Shown here: positions 10,019 to 19,472 of the stretch, in pieces
Layout of the letters: each line of letters opens with the position of its first letter
Position numbering within the stretch: position 1 is the first letter of the stretch
From: an uncultured Gammaproteobacteria bacterium
GTDB taxonomy: Bacteria; Patescibacteriota; Patescibacteriia; Magasanikbacterales; GWA2-37-8
NCBI GenBank assembly: GCA_964444705.1
Contig: CAYUHX010000003.1
Coordinates: 3,248-67,247, forward strand
Length of the DNA stretch: 64,000 bases
Direction of reading: 5' to 3'
Position numbers and translations under genes: made by a program
Notes under the pieces: generated by a model
Database searches by the model: none
What the model was told of the DNA's origin: nothing
The model's input: the letters and a program-made list of their open reading frames with translations, nothing else

Positions 10019-11521
10019 TTACGACACAAATTTAACTGGACGTCCCTCGTTGTCAGGAAGATACATCGATGGGTTCCCCTTAGAATACTCAACTGAAATA
10101 GTAGGCACTCTCATTCCCGGAGAAAATTCAACTGTGACTTTACTCTCTGCAGTTGGACAATCTGGACCAACGACCCTCCCCTTAATCGCTCTCGCCAAAC
10201 TCGCCGCAAAACCATTTTCCATACCGGTAGAACAAGAAAACAACACCACCATCGGATCATCTTCAAAAAATAAAGGTAACGGATTTTCGCTTTTTTTATT
10301 TAATTCTTCAAATGGAATTAAATTATCAACAGTTACATCAGCTAAAGGATCTGTTGTTCTCTGATTACGAAATTCTGTTCGCGGCGCCATAATATTAAAA
10401 CCTTTTTTATGACCATGTGCCCCCACAAACATGAAAGAAATATTATGTCGTGTAACTTTGGCGATCGGTGGATCATTTGGCTTATACCCGTATTTTTCAT
10501 TAAGCGCCATGAGCAGCAAAGGAAAACCAGTAGCGTTTTCAACTTCAATAAAACGTAAATAACTTTTTCCTTTCACTTGGTCATATACCGAGGCATACGT
10601 TTTTTTTGAAAGAGCAAAGGCACCATTCCAATCTTCAAACACATTTACAGAAATACCAAACGGCAAATCATTCTTGTCTCTTTGTTCATATTGGGCAACC
10701 AGCGCTTCAAGTGGATAGCGTGCAAAATCTTTTAGCCCAAACTGATTGGTGAGCACCTTGGCACATCCAGGATGTTTTTGTTCAAGCGCAACAAGCGCAT
10801 CTAAATTATTGCGAAAAAAATTTTCAATTTCTGGTACATACTCTTTCTCCTCACGTGCATATCCGGTAAGTCTCCACGCCTGCACATATTGTACAAGGTA
10901 CAATTGATCAATTTTAACTGACCGAGCTCTCAGGTAGCGCTCAGCAACTTGTATTTGTTCTTTTTCATTAACTGCGAGCAAACTCACTGTCTCTTCCATG
11001 GGTGTTAAATTAGCGGCATCATCTTCTTTATCACTGGCAAGCACCTGCTCTACATACCTTGTTTTAGCGTTCGGTCTGGCATAACGCCGCAACACTGAAA
11101 GCACACCAGAAACTCCATTGGTTTTTAAAATATTGCACGCCTTTTGATCAGCAATTTTTTCTTCCTCACCATTACCCTCAAACAGACCAAGCCTCTCTCG
11201 ATTTTGAAAAGCCACTTGATGCTGCTCAAGAGTAGTGGCTAAATTTGGCAATTTACTCAATAGAGCAACTGCATTCCCTATCAAACCAGGTACCGCTATA
11301 CTTTCGGACAACTTTAAAATGGTCCCAAGCAAAAAAAGCCCTTCCGGGAAGGATTCTGGGTAGAGCAACGCCTCAATATCCACAAACTCTAATGCCTGAA
11401 TACATTTTTTTATTTCTGTTCGACTCCCAAAAGAAAGTGCCGTGAGCAATTTTCTTTCAAGGTCAGTAAAAATTCTTTTCTTGTCTTTTCTTTCACCATG
11501 ATATTCGAGAGCTTCAGACAT
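10019..11521 (-). CDS. hypothetical protein with C-terminal caspase/CHAT-like (Cys-His) domain and N-terminal helical domain
   Basis: 500-aa ORF translationally coupled to pheS upstream and pheT downstream. Its C-terminus has a beta-strand+HG motif (SFMFVGAHGH) and, ~65 aa later, a hydrophobic strand+Cys motif (VVLFSCSTG), the order seen in caspase-hemoglobinase-fold/CHAT peptidases. Confidence 0.45.
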   Translation of the reverse strand: MSEALEYHGERKDKKRIFTDLERKLLTALSFGSRTEIKKCIQALEFVDIEALLYPESFPEGLFLLGTILKLSESIAVPGLIGNAVALLSKLPNLATTLEQHQVAFQNRERLGLFEGNGEEEKIADQKACNILKTNGVSGVLSVLRRYARPNAKTRYVEQVLASDKEDDAANLTPMEETVSLLAVNEKEQIQVAERYLRARSVKIDQLYLVQYVQAWRLTGYAREEKEYVPEIENFFRNNLDALVALEQKHPGCAKVLTNQFGLKDFARYPLEALVAQYEQRDKNDLPFGISVNVFEDWNGAFALSKKTYASVYDQVKGKSYLRFIEVENATGFPLLLMALNEKYGYKPNDPPIAKVTRHNISFMFVGAHGHKKGFNIMAPRTEFRNQRTTDPLADVTVDNLIPFEELNKKSENPLPLFFEDDPMVVLFSCSTGMENGFAASLARAIKGRVVGPDCPTAESKVTVEFSPGMRVPTISVEYSKGNPSMYLPDNEGRPVKFVS

Positions 11522-11527
11522 ACAAAA

Positions 11528-12559
11528 CTAGAATTGTTCTAAAAAGCGCAGACTGCCATTTTCAAGCAGACGAATGTCTTCAATGCCGTATTTAAGCATC
11601 ACGAGACGTGTTAAACCAAACCCAAAGGCAAACCCTTGATAGGCATGAGCATCAAGATTGCCTGCCGCAAGCACGCTGGGGTGCACCATGCCCGCACCAC
11701 CAATTTCCAGCCACCCACTGGCTTTACACACCCGACAACCTTTTCCTTGGCAAAGAAAACAAGTGACTTCCAAATTCACCCCCGGCTCAACGAAAGGATA
11801 AAATTTGGGACGTAAACGCACGGCGGTTTCTTTGCCATACAGATGGTGCACCGTGGCTTCAAGCACGCCTTTGAGGTGACTGAATGTGATATCTTTATCA
11901 ACCACCAAGCCTTCTAGTTGGTAAAACGTATGCTCGTGGCGCACATCGGTAGCTTCGTTCCGAAAACATTTTCCCGGCACAATCATACGAAGCGGAGCAC
12001 CATATTTTTGCATGCCGCGCACCTGCACCGATGATGTGTGCGTACGCATCACCCAAGCCGAATGATCTTTAATATAAAACGTATCTTGCATGTCACGCGC
12101 CGGATGATCGGCCGGCACATTCACCGCGGTAAAATTATAATATTCGCTTTCGAGCTCCGGCCCATCAGCTACCAAAAAACCCATTGAAGTAAAAAAATCT
12201 TCTAGATCACGCTGCACTGTAGTGTTGGGGTGATAATGTCCCACGTTCTGCCGCGGCAAAGCTGGCTGTGTTATGTCTATCTGTTCGGTGGCGCCAAGCG
12301 TCTGCCACACCTGTTCTTTAAATTCTGTGCGCTTTTGCTGAAAAGCGGCGTCAATGGTTTCTTTTACTTCATTTGCAAATTGACCGATCGCCTTGCGTTC
12401 AGCATCACCAAGATCACGTAAACCTTTCAATACATTAGTGAGTTCACCATTTTTACGACCAAGAATCTGATTTTCCAATTCTTCTAAAGCGATTGCTTCT
12501 TTTATTTCTTTTAATGCACCAAACACTCTATCCTTGAGTTGTTCTAAGGTTGACCGCAT
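11528..12559 (-). CDS. pheS: phenylalanine--tRNA ligase alpha subunit
   Basis: 343-aa ORF with class II aaRS motifs (FTAVNVPADHPARDMQDTFYI; GLGLTRLVMLKYGIEDIR). Confidence 0.95.
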   Translation of the reverse strand: MRSTLEQLKDRVFGALKEIKEAIALEELENQILGRKNGELTNVLKGLRDLGDAERKAIGQFANEVKETIDAAFQQKRTEFKEQVWQTLGATEQIDITQPALPRQNVGHYHPNTTVQRDLEDFFTSMGFLVADGPELESEYYNFTAVNVPADHPARDMQDTFYIKDHSAWVMRTHTSSVQVRGMQKYGAPLRMIVPGKCFRNEATDVRHEHTFYQLEGLVVDKDITFSHLKGVLEATVHHLYGKETAVRLRPKFYPFVEPGVNLEVTCFLCQGKGCRVCKASGWLEIGGAGMVHPSVLAAGNLDAHAYQGFAFGFGLTRLVMLKYGIEDIRLLENGSLRFLEQF

Positions 12560-12587
12560 AACACGAAGAAATTACATCACAAAAATC

Positions 12588-13787
12588 TTAAAAGAATTTA
12601 CTAAAAAAATTTCCCACTATTCCATGCATATTCGCCAAATCTTTGAAGGTGACAAAAAGAACGAGTAACATTAATGCTCCAAAACCAACAAGGTGTGCAA
12701 TCTGTTCGTATTTTGGGGTAATCGGGCGACGAAGAATTTTAGCAATAAGTACAAACGCCAACCGACCACCATCAAGCGCTGGAATGGGGAGCACATTGAG
12801 CACGGCTAAATTAAGCGAAAGAAGTGCCGTGAATTGTACCAAATACGAAAAACCCATACGTGCGACGCGTCCGGTAAGCATGGCCACGCCAACAGGGCCC
12901 GAGACAGCACCGCCCACACCCGCCCCAGTAAACAAACCTATGAGAAGATGATAAAAACCAAGGACGATTTCTTTAAGATCAACAAAAGTGGTGATAACAC
13001 CTTCATAAAGCGCGCGATACCATGGATAGCGAACAAATCCAATTTCGGCAATTGCAACACCGATGCCACCTTTGCCGTTATCGGCATTCACCACCGGATG
13101 GATAGATTGCGTCAATCGCGCACGATCTCGCTCCACCACCACAGTGATATATCCATCTCGATTGGCGTCAATATATTGTTGCAGCTCTTTTAAGCGTGGA
13201 TTTTGAAGCGGCCCCACACTCACAAGCACATCACCTGCTTTTAACCCCGCCTTCTCAGCCGGCTTCCCTGGCAACACCTGCATAATTTCTATTTTTCGAT
13301 CCCGCACAAAACGCACATCAGCCATGTTCTCAGTAGGTTGCGGCAACCCAATCATAAAACCGGCACTAAAAAGAACAATTGCCACTAAATCGTTCATAAA
13401 AACTCCTGCGAGAAGCACTAACGATTTCTGCCAGGTTTTCTTTGCCGCGAAACTGTCGGGGTCAGCTGCCTCTGTACCGCTTGCATCTTCACCTTTAATT
13501 TTCACAAATCCTCCGAGCGGCAACAAATTAAGCGAATACACCGTTCCGCCACTCCACTCAGCTGGCACCGGCGGCACCACTTTACCCCACACAAAACGCC
13601 ACTTGATCTCTTTCTTTGCACCAACCATTTTCACTAAACGCTGCACCCCGCACACTCGCGGCGGAAAACCAAATCCAAATTCATCAACTCGAATGCCACT
13701 TTTTCGAGCCACAATAAAATGTCCAAATTCATGTGACAAAACCAAAATGGCAAGAACAATCAAAAACGTAATTAAAGTAGTAATCAT
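12588..13787 (-). CDS. rseP: RIP metalloprotease RseP (site-2 protease, PDZ domain)
   Basis: N-terminal HExxH in a TM helix (LSHEFGHFIVA), a central PDZ-like region and C-terminal TM helices. Confidence 0.85.
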   Translation of the reverse strand: MITTLITFLIVLAILVLSHEFGHFIVARKSGIRVDEFGFGFPPRVCGVQRLVKMVGAKKEIKWRFVWGKVVPPVPAEWSGGTVYSLNLLPLGGFVKIKGEDASGTEAADPDSFAAKKTWQKSLVLLAGVFMNDLVAIVLFSAGFMIGLPQPTENMADVRFVRDRKIEIMQVLPGKPAEKAGLKAGDVLVSVGPLQNPRLKELQQYIDANRDGYITVVVERDRARLTQSIHPVVNADNGKGGIGVAIAEIGFVRYPWYRALYEGVITTFVDLKEIVLGFYHLLIGLFTGAGVGGAVSGPVGVAMLTGRVARMGFSYLVQFTALLSLNLAVLNVLPIPALDGGRLAFVLIAKILRRPITPKYEQIAHLVGFGALMLLVLFVTFKDLANMHGIVGNFFSKFF

Positions 13788-13865
13788 AGCACCAAAGAAA
13801 CTTGCTTAATTCTTATTTTTAAAGTAAAATATGCTTAATAATGCTTATTTTTAACATCACACACT

Positions 13866-14432
13866 ATGACAGCACTTTACCTCATACTCATTGTTTTGGC
13901 AATACTCATTGGATGGGTTATCGCGCTCTATAATGGCTTAATTCAAGCAAAAAATCGTGTTGACGAAGCCTACAGCGACATTGACGTACAGCTTAAACGC
14001 CGCTACGATTTAATTCCAAACCTCGTTGAAACCGTCAAAGGCTACATGACCCACGAACGTGAAACACTCGTCAAACTCACTGAGGCACGATCCGCAGCAA
14101 TGACTACACATGATTCAAAAGATGCGAGCTTGGCCGATAAAGAACGAGCAGAAAATAGCCTCGGCGGCACACTTAAAACCATTTTTGCCTTAAGCGAAAA
14201 TTATCCTGACCTCAAAGCGAACCAAAACTTCCTTCAATTACAAGACGAAATTACTGATACGGAAAACAAAATTCAAGCTTCTCGCCGCTTTTATAACGGC
14301 AATGTACGTGATTTCAACACTAAAATTCAAGTATTCCCTTCCAACATATTTGCCACTCAGCTTCATTTTACCAAATATGAATTTTTTCAAGCTGAAGCTA
14401 CTGAACGTCAAAATGTGCAGGTGAAATTTTAA
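13866..14432 (+). CDS. lemA: LemA family protein
   Basis: N-terminal TM followed by the LemA core (YNGLIQAKNRVDEAYSDIDVQLKRRYDLIPNLVETVKGY...). Confidence 0.85.
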   Translation: MTALYLILIVLAILIGWVIALYNGLIQAKNRVDEAYSDIDVQLKRRYDLIPNLVETVKGYMTHERETLVKLTEARSAAMTTHDSKDASLADKERAENSLGGTLKTIFALSENYPDLKANQNFLQLQDEITDTENKIQASRRFYNGNVRDFNTKIQVFPSNIFATQLHFTKYEFFQAEATERQNVQVKF

Positions 14433-14441
14433 TATTTCTCT

Positions 14442-14852
14442 ATGGAAAGAGGTCCTCACACACCCGATGTACTGCAAGAAAAAGTGCTTTCCTCAAACGA
14501 GCTCATTGCCGAGCTTCAATCAAGATGGCAGATTCCACCTGAAGAAAGCGCAAAACTTATCGCAACCATGACCGAAACAAGCCCTGACGACGGCAATGCC
14601 CGCTGGAGAATAACCCCTGGCTTACGCGCAGACGAATTCACTTTAAAAAGATTTGGTGGTCAAAAATCTTTTGTTCTACAATTAGGAAAAGCCAGTCGTT
14701 TAAACCAAGAAACAGGCGAAATGGTTTCTTTCAGCTATCCCATGATAGTGCAAAAACCTCACGAAAAAATGCCCGAAAAAAAGGCGGGAAATAATGCCAC
14801 CGGTCATTTTTTGCCACCCAGCAGCCCTGCCCGACCAAAAAAAGGATACTAA
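14442..14852 (+). CDS. hypothetical protein
   Basis: 136-aa ORF lying between lemA and the M48 protease on the same strand; no recognisable motifs. Confidence 0.4.
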   Translation: MERGPHTPDVLQEKVLSSNELIAELQSRWQIPPEESAKLIATMTETSPDDGNARWRITPGLRADEFTLKRFGGQKSFVLQLGKASRLNQETGEMVSFSYPMIVQKPHEKMPEKKAGNNATGHFLPPSSPARPKKGY

Positions 14853-14873
14853 TACCCATATTTCCGAATACCT

Positions 14874-15665
14874 ATGTCTGAAATAAAAAAATCTCCACCC
14901 GAATACACCCTCACCCTCGATCAAAGACAACAACGAGAAAAAAATAAGGTTTGTCTTTTTTTGCATGATTATTTCAGACAACACCCTAAGTTTTCACTAT
15001 CACCTGAATACTCTGAGCTATACGAAGAATTTTTCGATAAAGTCATTCCTGTTTTTCATCAACGATCCATCTATCTTGAAGAACCCACCTTACCGCGAAA
15101 TCTGGAACGATCAGTTTTACTCCGAAAAAAAGTTGCTGATTTATTAGCGCTTCGAGAGCAACTACGACAAAAAACAGCTCCTCTGACTCAGAAAGAAGTT
15201 GACGCCCTGCGCAGTACACTTATACCCACTAAAAAGGAAAGCAAAAAAGGAGAAAAAGAAGTATCTCTCCTAAATACCTATACCGAACAACAACTTATCA
15301 CCTACGCCGAACAATACCTTGATTCACTTTATGCGGTTCGCCCAACTCGAGAACCTGTACACAAGTGGGTTCACGCAGGTCGCAAATACAAAGAAGATCC
15401 TTTTCTCTCGCTTGATGCCAACCAGGCGCTGGGTGGTTTTTTTCGCGCCGTACACAATGTGCCGCTTGATGAAAAGGGCGCGCTCCAAGTTGCAATAAAT
15501 GACCTCAAAGAAAAAGGGGTGATTCCACCAGAAATAAATTTTTCAGAAATACCACGTCACGCCCTACTCGGACACACTGCCATCAAGCTACTCACCGCAC
15601 TTCAAGCTATGGAAAAAGCCTACTCAGAAGCTCTTGTTGCACTCACGCCAAAAAAAGAATCTTAA
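14874..15665 (+). CDS. hypothetical protein
   Basis: 263-aa soluble ORF in the lemA-M48 gene block; no recognisable motifs. Confidence 0.45.
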   Translation: MSEIKKSPPEYTLTLDQRQQREKNKVCLFLHDYFRQHPKFSLSPEYSELYEEFFDKVIPVFHQRSIYLEEPTLPRNLERSVLLRKKVADLLALREQLRQKTAPLTQKEVDALRSTLIPTKKESKKGEKEVSLLNTYTEQQLITYAEQYLDSLYAVRPTREPVHKWVHAGRKYKEDPFLSLDANQALGGFFRAVHNVPLDEKGALQVAINDLKEKGVIPPEINFSEIPRHALLGHTAIKLLTALQAMEKAYSEALVALTPKKES

Positions 15666-15696
15666 CATTTTTGTCGGCAACAACTTTCACACACCT

Positions 15697-16593
15697 ATGT
15701 ATTCTCAAATTGATTCAAATAAACGCAGTTCAATACTATTGGTCATGATTTTTATCACCATTATTATTGGTCTTGGCTACGCCTACAGTCAACTCACCGG
15801 TGACAGCACCTACGGCGGCGTCTGGATTGCGATCATCATTTCTTTTTTTTCCACTATTTTTTCTTATTATCAAGGAGACACCATTGCACTCTACACAAGC
15901 GGCGCTGTGGCGATTGCGAAAGAAGACAACCCCTATCTGTATAACCTCGTCGAAAATCTTTCGATCGCTTCAGGAATTCCCATGCCTAAACTCCACATTA
16001 TTCCCGATGAGGCGATCAATGCTTTCGCCACCGGCCGCGACCCTGCACACGCTTCAATTGCGGTCACCCAAGGTGCCATTGATAAATTAGAAAACGAAGA
16101 ACTTGAAGGCGTGTTGGCACACGAACTTTCGCATGTCACCAATTACGATATTCGCTTTATGACCCTCGTTGCAGTGCTGGTAGGATCTATTTCTATTTTA
16201 GCAAATTTATTTCTCCGTTCACGCTGGTTTATGGGCGGAAAACGAAGTAATCGTGAAGGAGAAGGCAATCAACTTGGCGGCATTTTAATGATTGTCGGCA
16301 TTGTCCTCGCCATTCTTTCTCCCATTATCGCCGAACTCATTAAACTTGCCATTTCACGTCGACGTGAATATTTGGCCGATGCCTCAGGCAGTCTTTTAAC
16401 CCGCTATCCCGAAGGGTTAGCCAGCGCACTCGAAAAAATTGCTGCTGAAAACCAGCCCCTACAACAAGCCTCTCAGGCTACCGCACATCTTTTTCTTGCA
16501 AGCCCTTTTTCTCAAAAATCATTTTGGAATTTATTTGCCACCCACCCACCGATTGAAGAACGCATAAAAAAATTGCGGGAAATAGGCGTGTAA
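15697..16593 (+). CDS. htpX: M48 family zinc metalloprotease (HtpX-like)
   Basis: TM helices plus the HExxH motif (VLAHELSHVTNYD) and downstream Glu ligand region; ATG at 15697 avoids overlap with the previous ORF. Confidence 0.8.
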   Translation: MYSQIDSNKRSSILLVMIFITIIIGLGYAYSQLTGDSTYGGVWIAIIISFFSTIFSYYQGDTIALYTSGAVAIAKEDNPYLYNLVENLSIASGIPMPKLHIIPDEAINAFATGRDPAHASIAVTQGAIDKLENEELEGVLAHELSHVTNYDIRFMTLVAVLVGSISILANLFLRSRWFMGGKRSNREGEGNQLGGILMIVGIVLAILSPIIAELIKLAISRRREYLADASGSLLTRYPEGLASALEKIAAENQPLQQASQATAHLFLASPFSQKSFWNLFATHPPIEERIKKLREIGV

Positions 16594-16613
16594 AAAACAG
16601 ACACAATTGACAG

Positions 16614-16640
16614 AGCCCGCTACGGAGTACGTAGCGGGCT
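16614..16640. terminator. GC-rich hairpin terminator shared by htpX (+) and the cupin gene (-)
   Basis: Perfect 10-bp inverted repeat AGCCCGCTAC...GTAGCGGGCT; a T-run follows on the minus strand. Confidence 0.5.
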
Positions 16641-16663
16641 TGTGGCTTGGGCGGTACAGGAAC

Positions 16664-17104
16664 TCAGGTGCAGCAGCGAGCGAGGATGTCGCTCTCGCCG
16701 ACGCCCTTGGTGAGCGCATCCAGCTCAGGGCAGGCGTGCCAGTCCGGGCCTTGGGTTCGGCCGAACTTGACCGTGTGGATCGCCGCTCCCACAGGCAGGT
16801 AGACGTTGTGGGCGACGCCGATCTCGGTGGTCACGGTGTCTCCCTCCCGTAGGATCCGCCAGACCGGCTGCCCATCGCGCAGCTCCACGATCGCCATCCA
16901 GCCAGACTGGACGGCGTAGATCTCCTTCACTCCCAAGTGGAAGTGCGAGTTCTGCCAGGCACCCTCGTCACCAGCCTGAGTGCGGATGTAGCCACTTCCG
17001 TCCTGATGCATCCGGCGAAACCGGAACTCCTGGTTCGGCATCAGCTCATCCTTGATTGCAGCCATACCAAACTCCTGGGCTTCCTCGAGAGACAAATTCG
17101 CCAT
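16664..17104 (-). CDS. cupin-domain protein (high-GC island 1)
   Basis: 146-aa ORF at ~62% GC with two cupin motifs (SHFHLGVKEIYAVQSG; GDTVTTEIGVAHNV). A strong SD (GAAGGAGG) precedes the ATG. Confidence 0.65.
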   Translation of the reverse strand: MANLSLEEAQEFGMAAIKDELMPNQEFRFRRMHQDGSGYIRTQAGDEGAWQNSHFHLGVKEIYAVQSGWMAIVELRDGQPVWRILREGDTVTTEIGVAHNVYLPVGAAIHTVKFGRTQGPDWHACPELDALTKGVGESDILARCCT

Positions 17105-17308
17105 GAGGCCTCCTTCTTTCTGACGAGATGATTAGACTGTAAAATAGCCAAATTTTCGCTAAAATACAGTCCAATCATCCACGTTTTAAAGAGCTTTCTA
17201 TTCAAGAAATAACAAATATATATACCATAAAAAATAGGTTTTGTCAAGATAACAATACAATCAATTAGCTAACCTTAGCTAGTTTTAAAAATGACCAATT
17301 TTTTAATA

Positions 17309-17947
17309 TCAAAACTCCTTCCCTTGAACCATTCTTCCCCACTCATCAATTTCTCCCACAATCATTTGCGTAGGGACAAATTCTTCTTGAAACAACGGAA
17401 TGCTTATTTCTTTATTTTTTTCAACAAACTCGACTAAACGAAAATCTTCCGGTCGTAATTTTACCAAAGTGAGATGGGGTAAAAATTGATTACCCGACAG
17501 TTCGGTTCCGTAGGTGAGAATATGTGCACGGACCAATTCCGGCGTGGTCGGATCATCCACCATTTGCTTAAATTGACGCATCAGTCTTCCTTCGGTCAGT
17601 GGCATAATTTTGACCACGACCTCTTCGTGAATTTTTTGCAATTCAGGAGTATTCACTAGATTCCAAAATAGATTATTGCTGGAAGGATGGAAAAATAACT
17701 TTCTTTCAAAAACTAACGACACCAACGTGAAGGCATTTTTAATTTTTTCAACGATGTTATGTACGCTCTCTTTTTGGATAGAAGAAATCCGTGCTTGGAA
17801 TAAAGTAATATGTGGATAGTTTTCAGGACTTAATTCTAAAAAAGGCACTATCCCGATTTGTTTAAGTTGCTTGACTAGTTTAAATGAAGCCAAAGATACA
17901 CGCTCGGAAACGGTAAAAGCAACACCAATATTAACTTCTGAATTCAT
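17309..17947 (-). CDS. 2H phosphoesterase superfamily protein (LigT/2'-5' RNA ligase-like)
   Basis: Two H-x-T/S-x motifs each followed by hydrophobic residues (YPHITLFQ and LPHLTLVKL) in a 212-aa protein. Confidence 0.5.
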   Translation of the reverse strand: MNSEVNIGVAFTVSERVSLASFKLVKQLKQIGIVPFLELSPENYPHITLFQARISSIQKESVHNIVEKIKNAFTLVSLVFERKLFFHPSSNNLFWNLVNTPELQKIHEEVVVKIMPLTEGRLMRQFKQMVDDPTTPELVRAHILTYGTELSGNQFLPHLTLVKLRPEDFRLVEFVEKNKEISIPLFQEEFVPTQMIVGEIDEWGRMVQGKEF

Positions 17948-17950
17948 ACC

Positions 17951-19315
17951 CTATCCTTGGATCATTTCACTCACCTCTTTCACTTTTTCCTCCATGAGCA
18001 CTGACGAAATTGCTTCCAAATTAAGTCGTAATTTATTTTCCGTATTAGATGGCCGCACGTTGAACCACCATTCCGGCCACTCAAAACTAAGCCCATCAAA
18101 ATCGTAACGCAGATGGTCGGCATATTTCTCTCGCAAACGCGCGAGAGCAGCAGCTTTATCTTCGACATTAAAATTTATTTCTTCCCCATGATGATACCGA
18201 TAAAATGGCACCACAAAATCAGCCGCAGCTAATCCACTTGCCGAAAGTTCTTCTAAAAATTTAAGCACCATAATTTCGGGCGCTTCAAACGTGCCGTGCG
18301 GCAAACGTACAAAAAAATGACCAGATGATTCACCTGCAAACGGCATATTTTGTGCTCGCATCTGCTCTTTGATGAGCGAGTGCCCGACTTTAGTCACCAC
18401 TGGAATACCACCCGCTTCTTCTATCAAATCAATGGTGATTTTACCCGGGCGAATGTCGTAACCAATAGCAGCACCAGGATATTGACGCAAAAAAATGCGT
18501 GCCAAAATTCCCCGAATAATAGCTTGATCAATTGTTTTGCCTGTATTATCAACAAAAAATAATCGATCAGCATCACCATCAAAGGCAATGCCCAAATCTG
18601 CTTTGTTTTCACGGACTTTTTCTTGCAACACATGATTATTTTTATCTTTGAGCGGATCCGCTTCGTGATTCGGGAAACGACCATCAAGCTCAAAAAAGAG
18701 TGGAATGACTTTACCAGGCAAATGGCTGGCAAGAGCCGTCATAAGCGGGCCACCCATGCCATTGGCCGTATCTACTACAATGGTGAGTGGTTTAATCTTT
18801 GAAATATCGACTTGTGTGAGCGCAAAATCTATCTGTTCTTTAAGAACATCTGCGCGCACCGTCACTGTGCCCGGAACAGCGGCGGGAATAAATTCATTTT
18901 TTTCCGCCAAATCGCGAATAGACATAATACCCGTATCTCCACTAATTGGCACTCCAGCCGCCCGCACTAACTTGCACCCATTGTATTCAGCCGGGTTGTG
19001 CGAAGCAGAAATCTGAACTCCACCATCATAGCGAAATCGCCCCACGGCAAAATAAAAAGTCGGCGTTGATACGAGACCAACATCAATCACATTCACTCCC
19101 TGCTGCGTAATACCCTCGATCACCGCTTTAGCCAACGCTGGTGATGATATGCGCATATCTCTTCCCACCACAAGAGTGGGTGCAAGTTTTTTTAATTCCG
19201 CTTTCATGAATTCAGCAAATGCTTGACCGATCCGGTGTGCAATGTCTTCGTTCAACTCGGTGGGATAGATACCACGAATATCGTAGGCTTTAAAAATTGC
19301 ATGAGGAAATGACAT
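17951..19315 (-). CDS. phosphomannomutase/phosphoglucomutase
   Basis: Active-site Ser loop (GVQISASHNPAEYNG) and metal-binding loop (FDGDADR). The start is taken at the internal ATG (MSFPHAIFKAYDIRG). Confidence 0.85.
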   Translation of the reverse strand: MSFPHAIFKAYDIRGIYPTELNEDIAHRIGQAFAEFMKAELKKLAPTLVVGRDMRISSPALAKAVIEGITQQGVNVIDVGLVSTPTFYFAVGRFRYDGGVQISASHNPAEYNGCKLVRAAGVPISGDTGIMSIRDLAEKNEFIPAAVPGTVTVRADVLKEQIDFALTQVDISKIKPLTIVVDTANGMGGPLMTALASHLPGKVIPLFFELDGRFPNHEADPLKDKNNHVLQEKVRENKADLGIAFDGDADRLFFVDNTGKTIDQAIIRGILARIFLRQYPGAAIGYDIRPGKITIDLIEEAGGIPVVTKVGHSLIKEQMRAQNMPFAGESSGHFFVRLPHGTFEAPEIMVLKFLEELSASGLAAADFVVPFYRYHHGEEINFNVEDKAAALARLREKYADHLRYDFDGLSFEWPEWWFNVRPSNTENKLRLNLEAISSVLMEEKVKEVSEMIQG

Positions 19316-19326
19316 ATATAATTGCT

Positions 19327-19355
19327 TTGACTGATTGAGTAAAAAACGATATACT
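19327..19355 (+). promoter_or_regulatory. sigma70-like promoter upstream of clpC
   Basis: TTGACT, a 17-nt spacer, then TATACT. Confidence 0.4.
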
Positions 19356-19472
19356 ACCATTGTATTTTTAGTGTATAACGTCTTGCATAATCGGTAAAGT
19401 TTTGCCTGGCCTCGCACGTAAAAAGACACTAACACATCACGCACTTTTTCAACTATCTTCACCAAAGATCTT

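Noticed and set aside
388-12951. Numerous 60-130-aa ORFs on the opposite strand of prs, dnaE, pheT, pheS, rseP and other genes (e.g. 388-708, 3529-3825, 8149-8388, 12834-13193)
   Set aside because: They are fully embedded antisense within well-supported conserved genes and have low-complexity or Ser/Thr/Arg-rich composition, so they are typical shadow ORFs.
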